64,000 nt of DNA, taken from Spirochaetales bacterium. GTDB taxonomy: Bacteria > Spirochaetota > Spirochaetia > SZUA-6 > JAFGRV01. Each line of letters opens with the position of its first letter. Position 1 is the first letter of the stretch. Position numbers and translations under genes: made by a program. The notes below the pieces were generated by a model. That model had not been told where the DNA came from, did not search any database, and worked only from the letters and a program-made list of their open reading frames with translations. Shown in pieces: positions 29,301 to 40,464 of this stretch. The stretch spans positions 1,703 to 65,702 of the forward strand of contig JAFGWI010000009.1 in the NCBI GenBank assembly GCA_016937215.1, read 5' to 3'.

Positions 29301-31019
29301 CTATTCCTCCATTAACCAGGTTCTGATAAGCTGAGCCACATCCTCAGGATGCTCGCGGGCCATGTTGATGGCATTTTCCTGCATCTCCATCCTGGCCCTC
29401 TCCTCAACAGTAAGCTCAACATCCATGCCCTGCTCTTCAGCGCTCTTAAGAGCTGCTTCACGCATGGCCTGGTGCTGTCTGGCCAATTCTTCTTCTTTCT
29501 CACGACGCTTTCTTTCAATATACTTCGAAAGCATTCTTAATACAACTGCCATGAAAATAACAATTCCAAGCCCGATGAGTATCCAGAAAACCGTTTGGGC
29601 CATCTGTCGTCCCTGACGATATTTGGCATCTTCCGCTTCAAACAGGGCACGCCGATCGACGGGAATATGTTCAACCGTCACCGAATCACCTCGGGCTGGG
29701 TCAGCTCCTATGGAATCCTCTATCAAGCGCTGGACCTTACGAAGGGTTTCACCATCTACCGGAACATAAGAGCGTTTCACCTTTGAAGGATTATTCTCTT
29801 CAAACATGATTTCACCCTTGGAATCATAGTGCTTTTCCCAGTAACCATCAACATTTATACCAATGGTTAAACGCTTAATTTTATAAGGTTGTTCCTGACG
29901 CTCGGTGTTTTTTTCACCGACTTCGTAATTGGTGGTCTCGGAATTCTGATCATACTGGCCAACCAGAGTAGACAAATCCTTGTAAGCAGGAGGCACCTGC
30001 CCTTCCTGGCCCGGAGGGCCTTCAGGAGTAAAACCGGTCCCCTTAAAGGATTCCGCGCTTGTCTGTTTTGACCGGACAATATTGTCCTTTATTTCCAATT
30101 CGCTGTAAGGTGTTTTGGGATCGTCAGAACGGAGGGTAACCGGAATAATCTCTTTTAAGGTGCTGCTTTCCTTGCTGGTATCCAGTTCGATTTCCAGTTT
30201 TGGAATACTGACTCGATCGGGTGTGAAAATATTTCCCAAGGATTTAATAATTTCACCATGGTATTTCCGTTCCAGCTTTTCTTTCAAAGCCATTTCACGG
30301 CTGATAAGATCAAGACGGTCCTGCTCCGCGTAATTTTCAAAATCATTCAACTGAAGTCCGTATTGATCAGTAATAACAAGATTTTCATGGGTCAGACCGC
30401 TGATAGACGACATGATCAGGCGTTCGATACCTTCTACCTTGTAACGCTCTTCATGAAGGTCCACCCCGGGCTTGGCCGTGAGCTGAACAGATGCGGTAAA
30501 GGGTTTTTGATCAGCCTGGAAAAGTTCATTCTCGGGCATATCGACAACAACAGATACCGCGTCAATATCATCAAGCGCCATGATATGCTGCTCCAGATTG
30601 CGGGTGATGGAACGGCGTAGATTTATCTTGCGGTCAAAATCGGTTAATGTCCATCGTTCAACATCGAAAAGGTCCCAGGGATCGGAATCCTCGGGAACAA
30701 GATCCTCGCTGACCAAAAGGCTCCGCATTCTCTGAGCCTTTTTAGGATCACGTACCTGAATAATATTATCAGTGGTCAATTCATAATCGCCCGGAAATTC
30801 TTCGTCAAGCCGGGTCGTAATACGCGCGAGAAGATTATCATCTTTTATGGGTACTTGATAAAGCCGGACCATGGTTGGTCTTGAGCTAAAGGATAATAAC
30901 AGCACGATGGCAATGAGTACCACGCCTATCACACTGAAAAATATCACTTTTTGAACAGTCGACCATTTTGCCCAGATAGTCTTAATCTGTTCCATCATTT
31001 TTTTAAAGAATTCGTTCAT
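29301..31019 (-). CDS. fliF: Flagellar MS-ring protein FliF.
   Basis: 572 aa, N- and C-terminal TM helices with a periplasmic ring-building domain. Confidence 0.95.
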   Translation of the reverse strand: MNEFFKKMMEQIKTIWAKWSTVQKVIFFSVIGVVLIAIVLLLSFSSRPTMVRLYQVPIKDDNLLARITTRLDEEFPGDYELTTDNIIQVRDPKKAQRMRSLLVSEDLVPEDSDPWDLFDVERWTLTDFDRKINLRRSITRNLEQHIMALDDIDAVSVVVDMPENELFQADQKPFTASVQLTAKPGVDLHEERYKVEGIERLIMSSISGLTHENLVITDQYGLQLNDFENYAEQDRLDLISREMALKEKLERKYHGEIIKSLGNIFTPDRVSIPKLEIELDTSKESSTLKEIIPVTLRSDDPKTPYSELEIKDNIVRSKQTSAESFKGTGFTPEGPPGQEGQVPPAYKDLSTLVGQYDQNSETTNYEVGEKNTERQEQPYKIKRLTIGINVDGYWEKHYDSKGEIMFEENNPSKVKRSYVPVDGETLRKVQRLIEDSIGADPARGDSVTVEHIPVDRRALFEAEDAKYRQGRQMAQTVFWILIGLGIVIFMAVVLRMLSKYIERKRREKEEELARQHQAMREAALKSAEEQGMDVELTVEERARMEMQENAINMAREHPEDVAQLIRTWLMEE

Positions 31020-31075
31020 TTCCCCTCCCTGAATGAACCCATTCTAGCTAATTAACATTTCACATCAAAAGCTGT

Positions 31076-31402
31076 TTATCGCGTTGAAATGATCTCCCTG
31101 TAAGCTTTGATGGCTCCATCAACGATGGATTTTGTCATGCTTAAAGCCATATTGGCTTCCGCGATAGCTATGGTTACATCATGAACATTCACAGAATCAG
31201 GGTTAGTTATCATCTGCTGACTCAGTTCATTTGAATGCCCCTGAAGATCGTTAACTTGATTAAAGGCGTTTAAAAGCATTTCGCCAAAGGCCTTTTCCGT
31301 TGTTTCAGGTTCTTTTACCTCACCGCGGCCAGTCAAGTGTTCCTGACTGGTTCTGGCCATCTGGACATTTAACCCATTTGTATCAGCTGCCGAATAAAAC
31401 AT
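31076..31402 (-). CDS. fliE: Flagellar hook-basal body protein FliE.
   Basis: 108 aa, conserved C-terminus. Confidence 0.85.
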   Translation of the reverse strand: MFYSAADTNGLNVQMARTSQEHLTGRGEVKEPETTEKAFGEMLLNAFNQVNDLQGHSNELSQQMITNPDSVNVHDVTIAIAEANMALSMTKSIVDGAIKAYREIISTR

Positions 31403-31407
31403 CTATA

Positions 31408-31869
31408 CTACCTCCCGATTTCCAAAGCTTTCATAAACATACTTTTTGATCCGTTTACAACCGCCACATTGGCTTCATAAGAACGTGAGGCGGAAATCAT
31501 ATCCACCATTTCACTGACAACATTCACATTGGGATACTCCACATAACCCTTTTTTTCGCCTGTTTTATATGCATCGGGATGTGTGGGATCATAAACCAGA
31601 CGAGTGGAAGCGTCCATATCTTTTTCAATGGTATTAATTCGAACACCCTTGCCCACTCCATTATCCAGATAATCGGGTAAAAAAGGACTTCGCCAATAGG
31701 GCTGGTCCACTTTTGGCCGAAAAACCACACGGCTTCTGCGAAAGACCCCGCCTTCACTGGTCCGGGTTGTATTCACATTAGCAATATTGTCGGCGATCAC
31801 ATCCAGCCTGGTTTGCTGAGCAGTCAGACCGGTTGACGCTGTATTAATGCTTGAAAAAATTCCCATCAT
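31408..31869 (-). CDS. flgC: Flagellar proximal rod protein FlgC.
   Basis: GLTAQQTRLDVIADNIANVNTT motif. Confidence 0.95.
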   Translation of the reverse strand: MMGIFSSINTASTGLTAQQTRLDVIADNIANVNTTRTSEGGVFRRSRVVFRPKVDQPYWRSPFLPDYLDNGVGKGVRINTIEKDMDASTRLVYDPTHPDAYKTGEKKGYVEYPNVNVVSEMVDMISASRSYEANVAVVNGSKSMFMKALEIGR

Positions 31870-31877
31870 TCACCTTC

Positions 31878-32297
31878 CTATGGTTTTAACACAATATTTA
31901 TTCTGGAAAATTCACTTTGGACCACCTGCACCATGGTTTGATAGAGCAATTGGTTTTCCAAAGCTGACATCATTTCAACTTCAACATCAACATTATTGCC
32001 GTTGTTTTTTGATTGTGTTAAATAATCAAGTACCCTATTGGCTTTTACATCGCGGTAATCCATGGGTGCGTCAAAGGCAATATGCCGTTTATCTGTCATA
32101 AAATTGGGAAAGGATTGTTTTTTTTCGGAATCCAAAGCCCTCTTTAACTGGCTTTCAAAAGTTACATCGGTCCGTTTGAAATTAGGCGTCTCGGCATTGG
32201 CGATATTATTGGCAATAACATCGCGCCTTAAAAGACTGACATCCATGGAACGCTTGAGAATATCCATATTTTTTCCAAAACTGCCTGATAAAAACAT
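31878..32297 (-). CDS. flgB: Flagellar proximal rod protein FlgB.
   Basis: VIANNIANAETPNFKR motif. First gene of the flagellar operon. Confidence 0.9.
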   Translation of the reverse strand: MFLSGSFGKNMDILKRSMDVSLLRRDVIANNIANAETPNFKRTDVTFESQLKRALDSEKKQSFPNFMTDKRHIAFDAPMDYRDVKANRVLDYLTQSKNNGNNVDVEVEMMSALENQLLYQTMVQVVQSEFSRINIVLKP

Positions 32298-32311
32298 CTC
32301 TTATACCTCTG

Positions 32312-32345
32312 ATTATATGATCGGCATTTTTACACCAGCCATAAG
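32312..32345 (-). promoter_or_regulatory. Candidate sigma-70-type promoter for the flgB operon. There is a perfect TATAAT about 20 nt upstream of the flgB ATG, but the -35 is weak.
   Basis: The minus strand reads ...GGCTGGTGTAAAAATGCCGATCATATAATCAGAGGTATAAGAG-ATG. Inferred from sequence only. Confidence 0.25.
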
Positions 32346-32364
32346 CCTTTTCTAGAATTTTAGA

Positions 32365-33741
32365 CTATAAAATGAAACGCGTCAAATCCCTGTCTTCGAT
32401 TATTTCATTCAAACGTTCATTTACATAATCTTTTGTCACTTTTATGGTCTGTCCTTTGATATCAGTAGCATTAAAGGATATATCTTCAAGAAGATTCTCC
32501 ATGATGGTATGAAGCCGACGGGCGCCAATATTTTCGGTTTTTGAATTCACATCCATGGCAATTTCACTTATGCGATGAATGGCCGCTTCATCAAACTCAA
32601 GAGTAACTTCTTCTGTTTTTAAAAGCTCGACATACTGAGTGATCAATGCATTTCGCGGCTGAGTCAGGATTTTGACAAAATCCGCGGCTGACAGGGCCTG
32701 AAGCTCGACTCGCAAGGGGAAACGCCCTTGTAATTCAGGAATCAGATCCGAAGGCTTGGACATATGAAAGGCTCCGGCCGCTATAAACAAAATATGAGAG
32801 GTGTCAATGATTCCATATCGTGTATTTACTTGTGACCCTTCCACAATCGGAAGAATATCACGCTGAACACCCTCCCGGGAAACATCAGCGCCCTGCCGGT
32901 TGGCTGAACCAGCTACTTTATCAATTTCATCAAGAAAAATAATACCCATTTGTTCACAGCGATGTTTTGCGATATCAGCGACCTGGTCCATATCAATCAA
33001 TTTATCCATTTCCTCGGCCAAAATGATTTCACGGGCCTGCTTTATGCTCACCTTTTTTTTCTTCTTTTTATTTCCGAAAATATTTCCCAGACTCCCGAGC
33101 TGAATATCCATCTCCTCAAAATTGGTGCCTGAAAATATCTGCATGGAAGGAGAATTACGCTTAACCACATCTACTTCGACCTGTTTATCCTCAAGCTCGC
33201 CTTTTTGCAGTTTTTCCCGGAATTTCTCGCGAGTCGACACAGCCGCATCCGAGGCAGGTGTAACGGTAACACTGTTATTCTGTGAACCCATGGCCGCGTC
33301 GGGCTTCCCAGGTTTTACACCAGGTAAAAGCAAATCGAGCAAAGCTTCTTCTGTTCGGCTTTCAGCTGTTTTTCTAACATTTTCCTGCATTTCGTTTTTC
33401 ACCATGGACATGCTAACAGAGAGAAGATCACGCACCATGGATTCCACATCGCGTCCCACATAGCCGACTTCAGTGTATTTGGTGGCTTCAACCTTAATAA
33501 AGGGCGCGCCGCTCAATTTTGACAAACGCCGGGCTATTTCCGTTTTTCCAACACCGGTCGGCCCTATCATAATAATATTCTTGGGGGCCACTTCATCGCG
33601 TAAATCATCGGGCAATTTTTGTCTTCGCTGCCGATTCCTCAAAGCAATGGCCACCAGTTTTTTGGCCTTATCCTGACCCACGATATATTTATCCAGCTCC
33701 TGAACTATCTCCTTGGGAGTCAAATTATCAAAATCAATCAT
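32365..33741 (-). CDS. hslU: ATP-dependent protease ATPase subunit HslU.
   Basis: Walker A GPTGVGKT. ClpY family. Confidence 0.95.
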   Translation of the reverse strand: MIDFDNLTPKEIVQELDKYIVGQDKAKKLVAIALRNRQRRQKLPDDLRDEVAPKNIIMIGPTGVGKTEIARRLSKLSGAPFIKVEATKYTEVGYVGRDVESMVRDLLSVSMSMVKNEMQENVRKTAESRTEEALLDLLLPGVKPGKPDAAMGSQNNSVTVTPASDAAVSTREKFREKLQKGELEDKQVEVDVVKRNSPSMQIFSGTNFEEMDIQLGSLGNIFGNKKKKKKVSIKQAREIILAEEMDKLIDMDQVADIAKHRCEQMGIIFLDEIDKVAGSANRQGADVSREGVQRDILPIVEGSQVNTRYGIIDTSHILFIAAGAFHMSKPSDLIPELQGRFPLRVELQALSAADFVKILTQPRNALITQYVELLKTEEVTLEFDEAAIHRISEIAMDVNSKTENIGARRLHTIMENLLEDISFNATDIKGQTIKVTKDYVNERLNEIIEDRDLTRFIL

Positions 33742-34276
33742 TATTAATTACCTCGCTATAAATTTGAGAATTAGTGTAAATACAAACACGGGATGCGATT
33801 TCCAGTGACTTCAGGGCGATTTCATTGGCAGATAAATCCGACCCGTCAAGATAGGCCAAGGCCGCGGAATAAGCATAGGTACCACCACTGCCGATTCCAA
33901 TCACACCTTCTTCGGGCTCCACTACATCACCTGTGCCTGAAATGAGCAGTGTTTTATCTTTATCAGCAACAAGAAGCAGGGCTTCCAAACGCCGAAGGGC
34001 CCTGTCAGTGCGCCAATCCTTGGCCAGTTCCACTGCCGCGCGGGTCAAATCACCGCCATACTCTTTTACCTTGCCTTCAAAACGCTCGAAAAGAGTAAAG
34101 GCATCGGCAGTAGCTCCCGCGAAACCGACAATTATTTTATTATCGAAAATACGACGTACCTTCTTTGCATTACCCTTCATCACCGTATTGCCAAGAGTGA
34201 CCTGACCATCGCCGGCCATGGCAACCTGATTTCCTTTTCGAACCGCCAAAACGGTTGTACCTCTGAATTGACTCAT
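33734..34276 (-). CDS. hslV: ATP-dependent protease subunit HslV.
   Basis: N-terminal Thr after Met (TTVLAVRK). 180 aa. Confidence 0.95.
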   Translation of the reverse strand: MSQFRGTTVLAVRKGNQVAMAGDGQVTLGNTVMKGNAKKVRRIFDNKIIVGFAGATADAFTLFERFEGKVKEYGGDLTRAAVELAKDWRTDRALRRLEALLLVADKDKTLLISGTGDVVEPEEGVIGIGSGGTYAYSAALAYLDGSDLSANEIALKSLEIASRVCIYTNSQIYSEVINND

Positions 34277-35301
34277 TTTACTACCTGTCCTTCGTTTTTA
34301 ATATCATTTTCAAATTTGCCCTTAGCATGGGGGTGGGCTTTATTATATATCTTCTGCAATCCTTCAAGACTAACATGAGTATAAATCTGGGTAGTGGATA
34401 AATTGGAATGGCCCAATAATTCCTGCACAATCCGGATATCCAGTCCTCGATTTAAAAGATGAGTGGCAAATGAATGCCGAAAACTATGGGGCGTCAACTT
34501 TTTGGTTAATTGCATCAATTTAAGATATTTCTCCAAAATATACCTGACACCTCGGTCTGTAATTCGCGCGCCGCGGTTATTTACAAAAAGAGCCTTGGCA
34601 TTATCTTTAAGGTCTTTGATATCCCGCGTATTTCGCTTCAATATATAATCTTCCAAAGCTCCAAGAGCTTCATCACCCAAAAACACCAGCCTCTCTTTTC
34701 TGCCTTTTCCCATGACACGGCAAGATCTGGATTTGAAATCCAGATCGAACAAATTCATTGCAACCGCCTCACTGATACGGCAGCCTGTTGAATAAAGAAA
34801 TTCAAAAACAGCCCTGTCCCTTTTCCCCAAAAAAGAATCCTCAGGATAGGATAATAATTCCTCAACTTCTTTCTCAAAAAGAAAACCAGGCAGTTTTTTG
34901 TTCTTCTTCAACGATGATATGATACCAAATGGGTTAAGGGATAAATAATCCTGCTGAACACAAAACCTGAAAAACCCCTTACATGCCGATAAAATACGAT
35001 TACAACTCGCTGATGATAAATTTTTCCGTCTAAGCGAATAAATAAACTGGTGAGCATCGATGGTTTTCATCTCTTGAAAAGTCTTTTTGTTCTCATCGAG
35101 AAATTCGGACAGTAAATCCAAATCTCCCTGATAAGAGACAAGGGTGTGTTTAGATAATTTACGGATTTCCGCCAAATAAAGCAGATAATCCTTAATCGCT
35201 TTCACCGTCGTTCTCGTCTTCCTTTTCATCTTCTTTTTTGAGGTGAATATAATCGCATGCAGCGTTTGAACACACCTTGAAATCACCCCGTTTCTTATCA
35301 C
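34273..35301 (-). CDS. xerC: Tyrosine recombinase XerC-type (CodV-like). The annotated start overlaps topA by 110 nt, so the true start is probably the internal Met at about 35229.
   Basis: C-terminal [26 protein letters not shown] catalytic motif. Confidence 0.85.
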   Translation of the reverse strand: MIRNGVISRCVQTLHAIIFTSKKKMKRKTRTTVKAIKDYLLYLAEIRKLSKHTLVSYQGDLDLLSEFLDENKKTFQEMKTIDAHQFIYSLRRKNLSSASCNRILSACKGFFRFCVQQDYLSLNPFGIISSLKKNKKLPGFLFEKEVEELLSYPEDSFLGKRDRAVFEFLYSTGCRISEAVAMNLFDLDFKSRSCRVMGKGRKERLVFLGDEALGALEDYILKRNTRDIKDLKDNAKALFVNNRGARITDRGVRYILEKYLKLMQLTKKLTPHSFRHSFATHLLNRGLDIRIVQELLGHSNLSTTQIYTHVSLEGLQKIYNKAHPHAKGKFENDIKNEGQVVK

Positions 35302-37330
35302 TTTTTTCCACCAAAAAATAGCCGCATTGGGGGCATTTGATATCCACTGGCGGCGCGTATGTCACAAAATCACAGTCAGGGAAATTGGTGCAGCCATAAA
35401 AGGTCTTTCCCCTTGAGCCCTGCCGGCTTTTGGCCACAATTTTCCCGCCACAGCCTTCCTTCGGGCAATCGGCCAAAGGCACAGGCTTCGAATTCATGCA
35501 CTCGGGGAATCCTGAACAGGCCAGAAAAAAACCGTAGCGTCCCAGCTTTTTTACCATCATTTTTCCGCATTTTTCGCAGGTGTACTCGGTTTCTTCATCA
35601 AGAACACCTTTTATAGATTCCAGATTTTCCATTACATGTTCAACCTGTTCATTAAAGGGAGTGTAAAAATCCCTGAGCATCTGAACCCAATCCTGCTGCT
35701 CTTCTTCAACCTGATCTAGACGCTCTTCCATGGCTGCGGTAAATTGTAAATCAACAATATCGGGAAAGGATTTATTCAATAATTCATCAATAATTTTACC
35801 CAACACAGTTGCCATGAGTTTTTTATTTTTACGCACAACATAATAGCGATCCAGAAGAACCGAAATAATCGGAGCGTAAGTTGAAGGCCGGCCAATGCCG
35901 TTTTCTTCCAGAGCTTTGATTATGGAAGCATCGGTGTAATGGGCAGGGCCTTGGGTATAATGCTGTTCCGGTAAAAACTGAACCAATTCCAATGTTTCGC
36001 CCTCCTTTACAACAGGAAGAGCCTTGGACTTTTCTTTTGGTGCCAATTGTTTTAAAACAGCCTGAAAGCCCTTTTCAAGAACCACGCTGGCATTGGCCCT
36101 GAACAACGCGTCTTTGCACTCAACTTCTATGGTTTTTAAAATGGATTTTGCCGGTGTCATTTGAGAAGACACAAAACGTTCCCAGATAATTGAATAGAGT
36201 TTGAATTGTTCCGAAGAAAGATGGGATTTTAAGGACGCTGGTGTTTTATCAGCGTAAGTCGGCCTGATGGCTTCATGAGCATCCTGGGCCTTTTTTCCTG
36301 TAGTGTAATTATTAGGCTTTTCCGGCAAGGCTTCGGGATAATTCTCGCCTAAATACTTGCGAACAGCCTCAATAGCTGTGTCGGACACTCGTGTAGAATC
36401 GGTACGCATGTAAGTGATCAAACCAACGCGTTCTTTGCCTATATTGATGCCTTCGTACAAGGATTGAGCAACCCTCATGGTTTTTCGTGAAGTAAAACCA
36501 AGACGGTTGGCCGCTACTTGCTGCAGCTTGGATGTTGTGAAGGGAGCCTGAGGTTTCAAGGTTTTGGCCTTTTCCTTGATAGACACAACCTTGAAGAGAT
36601 TGCCTTTCAGGTTTTCGAGAATCCTTTGCGACTCCTTCTCAGAATTAATAACAGGCTTTTCTCCGTTCAAAGCCACCAGCTGGGCAATAATATTCTTCTT
36701 ACCCTTTGCCAATTCCGCGTCGATGGTCCAGTATTCCTGAGGAACGAATTCATCCACCAGTTTATCCCGGTCACAGATCAGCTTTAAGGCAACAGACTGC
36801 ACTCGTCCCGCGGAAAGTCCATTCTTTACCTTTTTCCACAAAATGGGCGACAAACGGTATCCTACCAGGCGGTCCAGGATACGCCTCGCCTTTTGAGCGA
36901 TAACCTTGGGTTCGTCAATCTCGCCAGGGTGATTAACCGATTCACGGATGGCAGTGGGTGTGATTTCGTTAAAAACAATACGCTTGATATCCATGTCCGG
37001 ATATTTCTTCAGAATCGCGTTTTTTAAATGAAAGGCAATAGCCTCCCCTTCACGGTCATTATCACTTGCCAGCAATATTGATTCAGCTTTTTTCGCTGCT
37101 TTATATAATTCCTTCAGAATTTTTGCCTTGCCTCTGATGGTGATATATTCAGGTTCAAAATCGTGCTCTATATCAATGGCCATCCTTGAACGGGGAAGAT
37201 CAAATAAGTGACCAATAGAAGCAGCTACCTGATACCCCTCACCCAAATATTTTTCAATTGTATTGGCTTTTGCCGGAGATTCCACAATCAACAGTTTTAC
37301 TTTGTTGTTCTTCTTGCTGTTCTTCGCCAT
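35192..37330 (-). CDS. topA: DNA topoisomerase I (type IA) with C-terminal zinc ribbons.
   Basis: Toprim plus topoisomerase IA core. Multiple CxxC Zn-finger repeats at the C-terminus. Confidence 0.95.
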   Translation of the reverse strand: MAKNSKKNNKVKLLIVESPAKANTIEKYLGEGYQVAASIGHLFDLPRSRMAIDIEHDFEPEYITIRGKAKILKELYKAAKKAESILLASDNDREGEAIAFHLKNAILKKYPDMDIKRIVFNEITPTAIRESVNHPGEIDEPKVIAQKARRILDRLVGYRLSPILWKKVKNGLSAGRVQSVALKLICDRDKLVDEFVPQEYWTIDAELAKGKKNIIAQLVALNGEKPVINSEKESQRILENLKGNLFKVVSIKEKAKTLKPQAPFTTSKLQQVAANRLGFTSRKTMRVAQSLYEGINIGKERVGLITYMRTDSTRVSDTAIEAVRKYLGENYPEALPEKPNNYTTGKKAQDAHEAIRPTYADKTPASLKSHLSSEQFKLYSIIWERFVSSQMTPAKSILKTIEVECKDALFRANASVVLEKGFQAVLKQLAPKEKSKALPVVKEGETLELVQFLPEQHYTQGPAHYTDASIIKALEENGIGRPSTYAPIISVLLDRYYVVRKNKKLMATVLGKIIDELLNKSFPDIVDLQFTAAMEERLDQVEEEQQDWVQMLRDFYTPFNEQVEHVMENLESIKGVLDEETEYTCEKCGKMMVKKLGRYGFFLACSGFPECMNSKPVPLADCPKEGCGGKIVAKSRQGSRGKTFYGCTNFPDCDFVTYAPPVDIKCPQCGYFLVEKSDKKRGDFKVCSNAACDYIHLKKEDEKEDENDGESD

Positions 37331-38359
37331 TTACTCACTCCTATATAATGATCCATTGTGCCTGATCGCCTGCCCCTTTAATTCCTTATCCAGGGCCTTT
37401 GCCAGTTCAAGGCCAAAATGAATTTTTTCTTCCTTCGATTCTGAACCACTAAAACCAGGGTCATAGGTGGGATCAGACCCAAAGCCCCATTTTCTTAAAA
37501 TATCCTCTGCTCTGTCAATCACCGGAGCCCCTGTTTCAGCCAATTTTTTTCCCCCTTGGCCATTATTTGCGTTCATCCCCTTTGAATATACAAAAAGATC
37601 ACGCCCTTGGTCGAGGGCGAAATCCGCTGTGATTAAAGCACCTGATCGAACAGGAGCCTGTACCACCAAAGTTGCCTTGGCCAGGCCGCTGACAATGCGA
37701 TTTCGCGCTGGAAAATGATGTTTCATGGGCGGAGTACCGGGCGCGTACTCGGAAACAAGAACTCCCCCTTTATCAAGAATAGCATGGGCGGTTTTTAAGC
37801 AAACCTGGGGATAAATCTGGTCTATTCCATTTCCTAAAACCGCGGCTGTAAAACCCTGCCCGCTTAGGGCACCTTCATGACACTCTTTATCAATACCCTT
37901 GGCCAATCCAGAAACAATAGCTACTCCCCTGACAGCGAGATCCCTGGCAAGACAAAAAGCAGCGCTCCTTGCTTCACCTGTTGGAAAACGGGTGCCGACC
38001 ATGGCCAGGCTATCAAAAGAAGACCACTCCGGCCACTGGCCCCTATAAAAAAGCAATAAAGGCGGATCATAGATTTCTTTTAGCAATCCGGGATAATGGG
38101 GATCACCATAGGCCACCAAGCTGATGGAAGACTGACCGAGCATATGGGCAATTTTTTCAGCATCGGCTATGGCTTTTTGAGGATTCCATGAAGATTTATT
38201 CACCCTCCGCCTCAGAATACCCCCAATATCATGAACATCAAGGAGGGTCAATTGATCAACCTTGCTGAAGAGCTCAAAAAGAAGAATGCGTTCAGCTGGT
38301 TTTAAAAAACCAAGCTGGTTAAGGGTCAGAATATAATGCAATACCTCACCGGATGCCAT
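37331..38359 (-). CDS. dprA: DNA processing protein DprA (Smf).
   Basis: Rossmann-like DprA core. Position upstream of topA, as in Firmicutes. Confidence 0.85.
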   Translation of the reverse strand: MASGEVLHYILTLNQLGFLKPAERILLFELFSKVDQLTLLDVHDIGGILRRRVNKSSWNPQKAIADAEKIAHMLGQSSISLVAYGDPHYPGLLKEIYDPPLLLFYRGQWPEWSSFDSLAMVGTRFPTGEARSAAFCLARDLAVRGVAIVSGLAKGIDKECHEGALSGQGFTAAVLGNGIDQIYPQVCLKTAHAILDKGGVLVSEYAPGTPPMKHHFPARNRIVSGLAKATLVVQAPVRSGALITADFALDQGRDLFVYSKGMNANNGQGGKKLAETGAPVIDRAEDILRKWGFGSDPTYDPGFSGSESKEEKIHFGLELAKALDKELKGQAIRHNGSLYRSE

Positions 38360-39227
38360 ATATTTCCTCGGCGATCTGCTTTTTTAATTCACCGGCCCTT
38401 ATGGTGCTTGTCTGGTCAAAATCGAGTGTAATGATTTCATCGTATTGATCCATGGCTTTTTCAAGATAAGTTAAGGGCTCGGCTGTCAGGGAAGCCAATT
38501 GATAATAAATAATGGCCCTCAGAAAAAGGGCATCCCGGTGTCGTGATTCCTGGGCAATCAGTTTATCAAGATATTCCAAAGCCTTGCCGGGCATTCCCAA
38601 TTCCATGGAATATAATATGGCAATACCATATAAACTATCCCTGTTTTTCGGATCCAATTCAAGAGAACGCTGATAATAGACACGCGACAAATCGAACCAC
38701 TGGTCTTTTTTGTTCCCATCAGCCGGATCAAGATAGGATTTGCCCACCCATCCCGCTGACGCTCCAGCGAGTTGATACAAGATCGCGTTTTTGGGAAAAG
38801 CCAGAATTGCCTTTTTTAAAGCCTCAAAGGCTTTCTCATACATTTCGCGGTCTATAAAAGCAAGAGCCAGCACTTTGTAATAATCACCCTCAGTTTCACT
38901 ATAATTCTCAACTTCACTAGCCGCTTCCAGCCGTCCGATTTCATATAATAAGTCGCCTGTTTTAATAAAACTATTGGCCAACTGTTTATATTTAAGCTGG
39001 TACTCTTCTGTTTCCTTGACCTTGGCGCTTATTTTTTTTTCCAGAGAAGCGAGTTTTTCCTGAAATTCCTTTTTGATTTCCTCCGATGCGCTATCCATGG
39101 ATAGGCCGTCAACTTCCATAAAAGACCGGGTTAATGAATTAGATTTAGCGGAATCACAGGATGACCCGAGGAAAAAATACAAAAGAATAATCGTGACTAA
39201 GAAATAGTCTTTTTTCAGCAAAAACAA
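38346..39227 (-). CDS. TPR-repeat lipoprotein.
   Basis: Signal peptide with a lipobox (LGSSC). TPR-like repeats. Confidence 0.6.
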   Translation of the reverse strand: MFLLKKDYFLVTIILLYFFLGSSCDSAKSNSLTRSFMEVDGLSMDSASEEIKKEFQEKLASLEKKISAKVKETEEYQLKYKQLANSFIKTGDLLYEIGRLEAASEVENYSETEGDYYKVLALAFIDREMYEKAFEALKKAILAFPKNAILYQLAGASAGWVGKSYLDPADGNKKDQWFDLSRVYYQRSLELDPKNRDSLYGIAILYSMELGMPGKALEYLDKLIAQESRHRDALFLRAIIYYQLASLTAEPLTYLEKAMDQYDEIITLDFDQTSTIRAGELKKQIAEEIYGIR

Positions 39228-39547
39228 GCAATACCTCCTGAAACTTTAGACTTGATTATCAATTCCTGGCTTGTATAAACCTTTTGTCCAAAACATGGGC
39301 TTAAGGTCATAACAAAAAAATTTTTTCAGAAAATCCATATCAAAGCGCTTTATCCCTGATTATACAAGAAATAAAACCAACAAAGGCGCGGCAAACTATA
39401 GATACAGGCTAAACCTCAGTGAAAAAGGCTAAGCTATGATCTGTTGCCGCTTGTCCACACTTCCTTGGATCTACAAACCGCCAAGTCCAAAAAAAAACAT
39501 AAAAAAAATAAAGCATCCATTTTATTATCTATAATACCAAGGAAATT

Positions 39548-40459
39548 TCATCCTGCTTTGCCTTTTTTGGCACGGGGATGAAAATGCTGATGATATTCCT
39601 TTAATTCTTCTTCTTCCACATGAGTATAAATTTGGGTTGTACTGATATCGGCATGGCCCAAAAGCTCCTGAACACTTCGAAGGTCGGCTCCACCCTTAAG
39701 CAGGTGAGTGGCAAAGGAATGACGAAGAGTGTGGAGTTTTCCATCCAAACTATGAAGAGATAGCAGATCCTTGTAACGCTTCCACAAACCTTTTCGGGAC
39801 AGGGCTTTACCGCGCTGGTTTAAAAACAGGGCGGAATTCTTTAAAATTCCCTTCAATAAAACAGGACGGCTTTCGGCTATGTATTTTTTAAGCCAATAAA
39901 CTGCCGCATCGCCCAGGGGAATTATTCTTTCCTTGCTGCCTTTTCCCAAAACCTTGATCAGTTTTTGATCGAGAAAAAGATGATTCATCTCCAGGCCAAG
40001 GGCTTCTGACACTCTCAGGCCGCAGGAATAAATCAATTCCAGGATAGAACGGTCACGAATACCGCCGGAATTTGAAGTATCAATTTGATCAAGCAGTGAA
40101 TCTATCTGCTCCAGGGAAAAAACCTTGGGTATGTTTCTCGACACTTTGGGTAATTCCACTTGCTCAAGAGGGTTAACTTCCAGCCATTCTTTTTCCATGG
40201 CGAATTTAAAAAAACTACGAAGGCTCGAAATGATTTTAGCGCTGGTGCGGCTGGAAAGGCCGGCAAGGTTTCTTTCCACCACATAGTTTATGCAGTCTTT
40301 TCGGGTTATTTCAGCCAAGGTTTTAAGGCCCCGGCTTTCCATATGTTCTAAAAAGGATCGGGTTTCTCCCAAATAGGTTTCAACAGTGGTGGCCGCTAAT
40401 TTAAGGCCAAGAACCAAGTGATATTCATATTCTGTGTATAGGGGAAAAAACCGCTTCAT
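39548..40459 (-). CDS. xerD: Tyrosine recombinase XerD-type.
   Basis: [26 protein letters not shown]. Confidence 0.85.
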   Translation of the reverse strand: MKRFFPLYTEYEYHLVLGLKLAATTVETYLGETRSFLEHMESRGLKTLAEITRKDCINYVVERNLAGLSSRTSAKIISSLRSFFKFAMEKEWLEVNPLEQVELPKVSRNIPKVFSLEQIDSLLDQIDTSNSGGIRDRSILELIYSCGLRVSEALGLEMNHLFLDQKLIKVLGKGSKERIIPLGDAAVYWLKKYIAESRPVLLKGILKNSALFLNQRGKALSRKGLWKRYKDLLSLHSLDGKLHTLRHSFATHLLKGGADLRSVQELLGHADISTTQIYTHVEEEELKEYHQHFHPRAKKGKAG

Positions 40460-40464
40460 TTGAC

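Noticed and set aside
39228-39547. Screened the 320-bp spacer between xerD and the TPR lipoprotein, and other spacers, for tRNA or other RNA genes.
   Set aside because: No cloverleaf-compatible sequence (no GTTC-like T-loop with matching acceptor stem) and no rRNA-like stretches. I call no RNA genes in the window.
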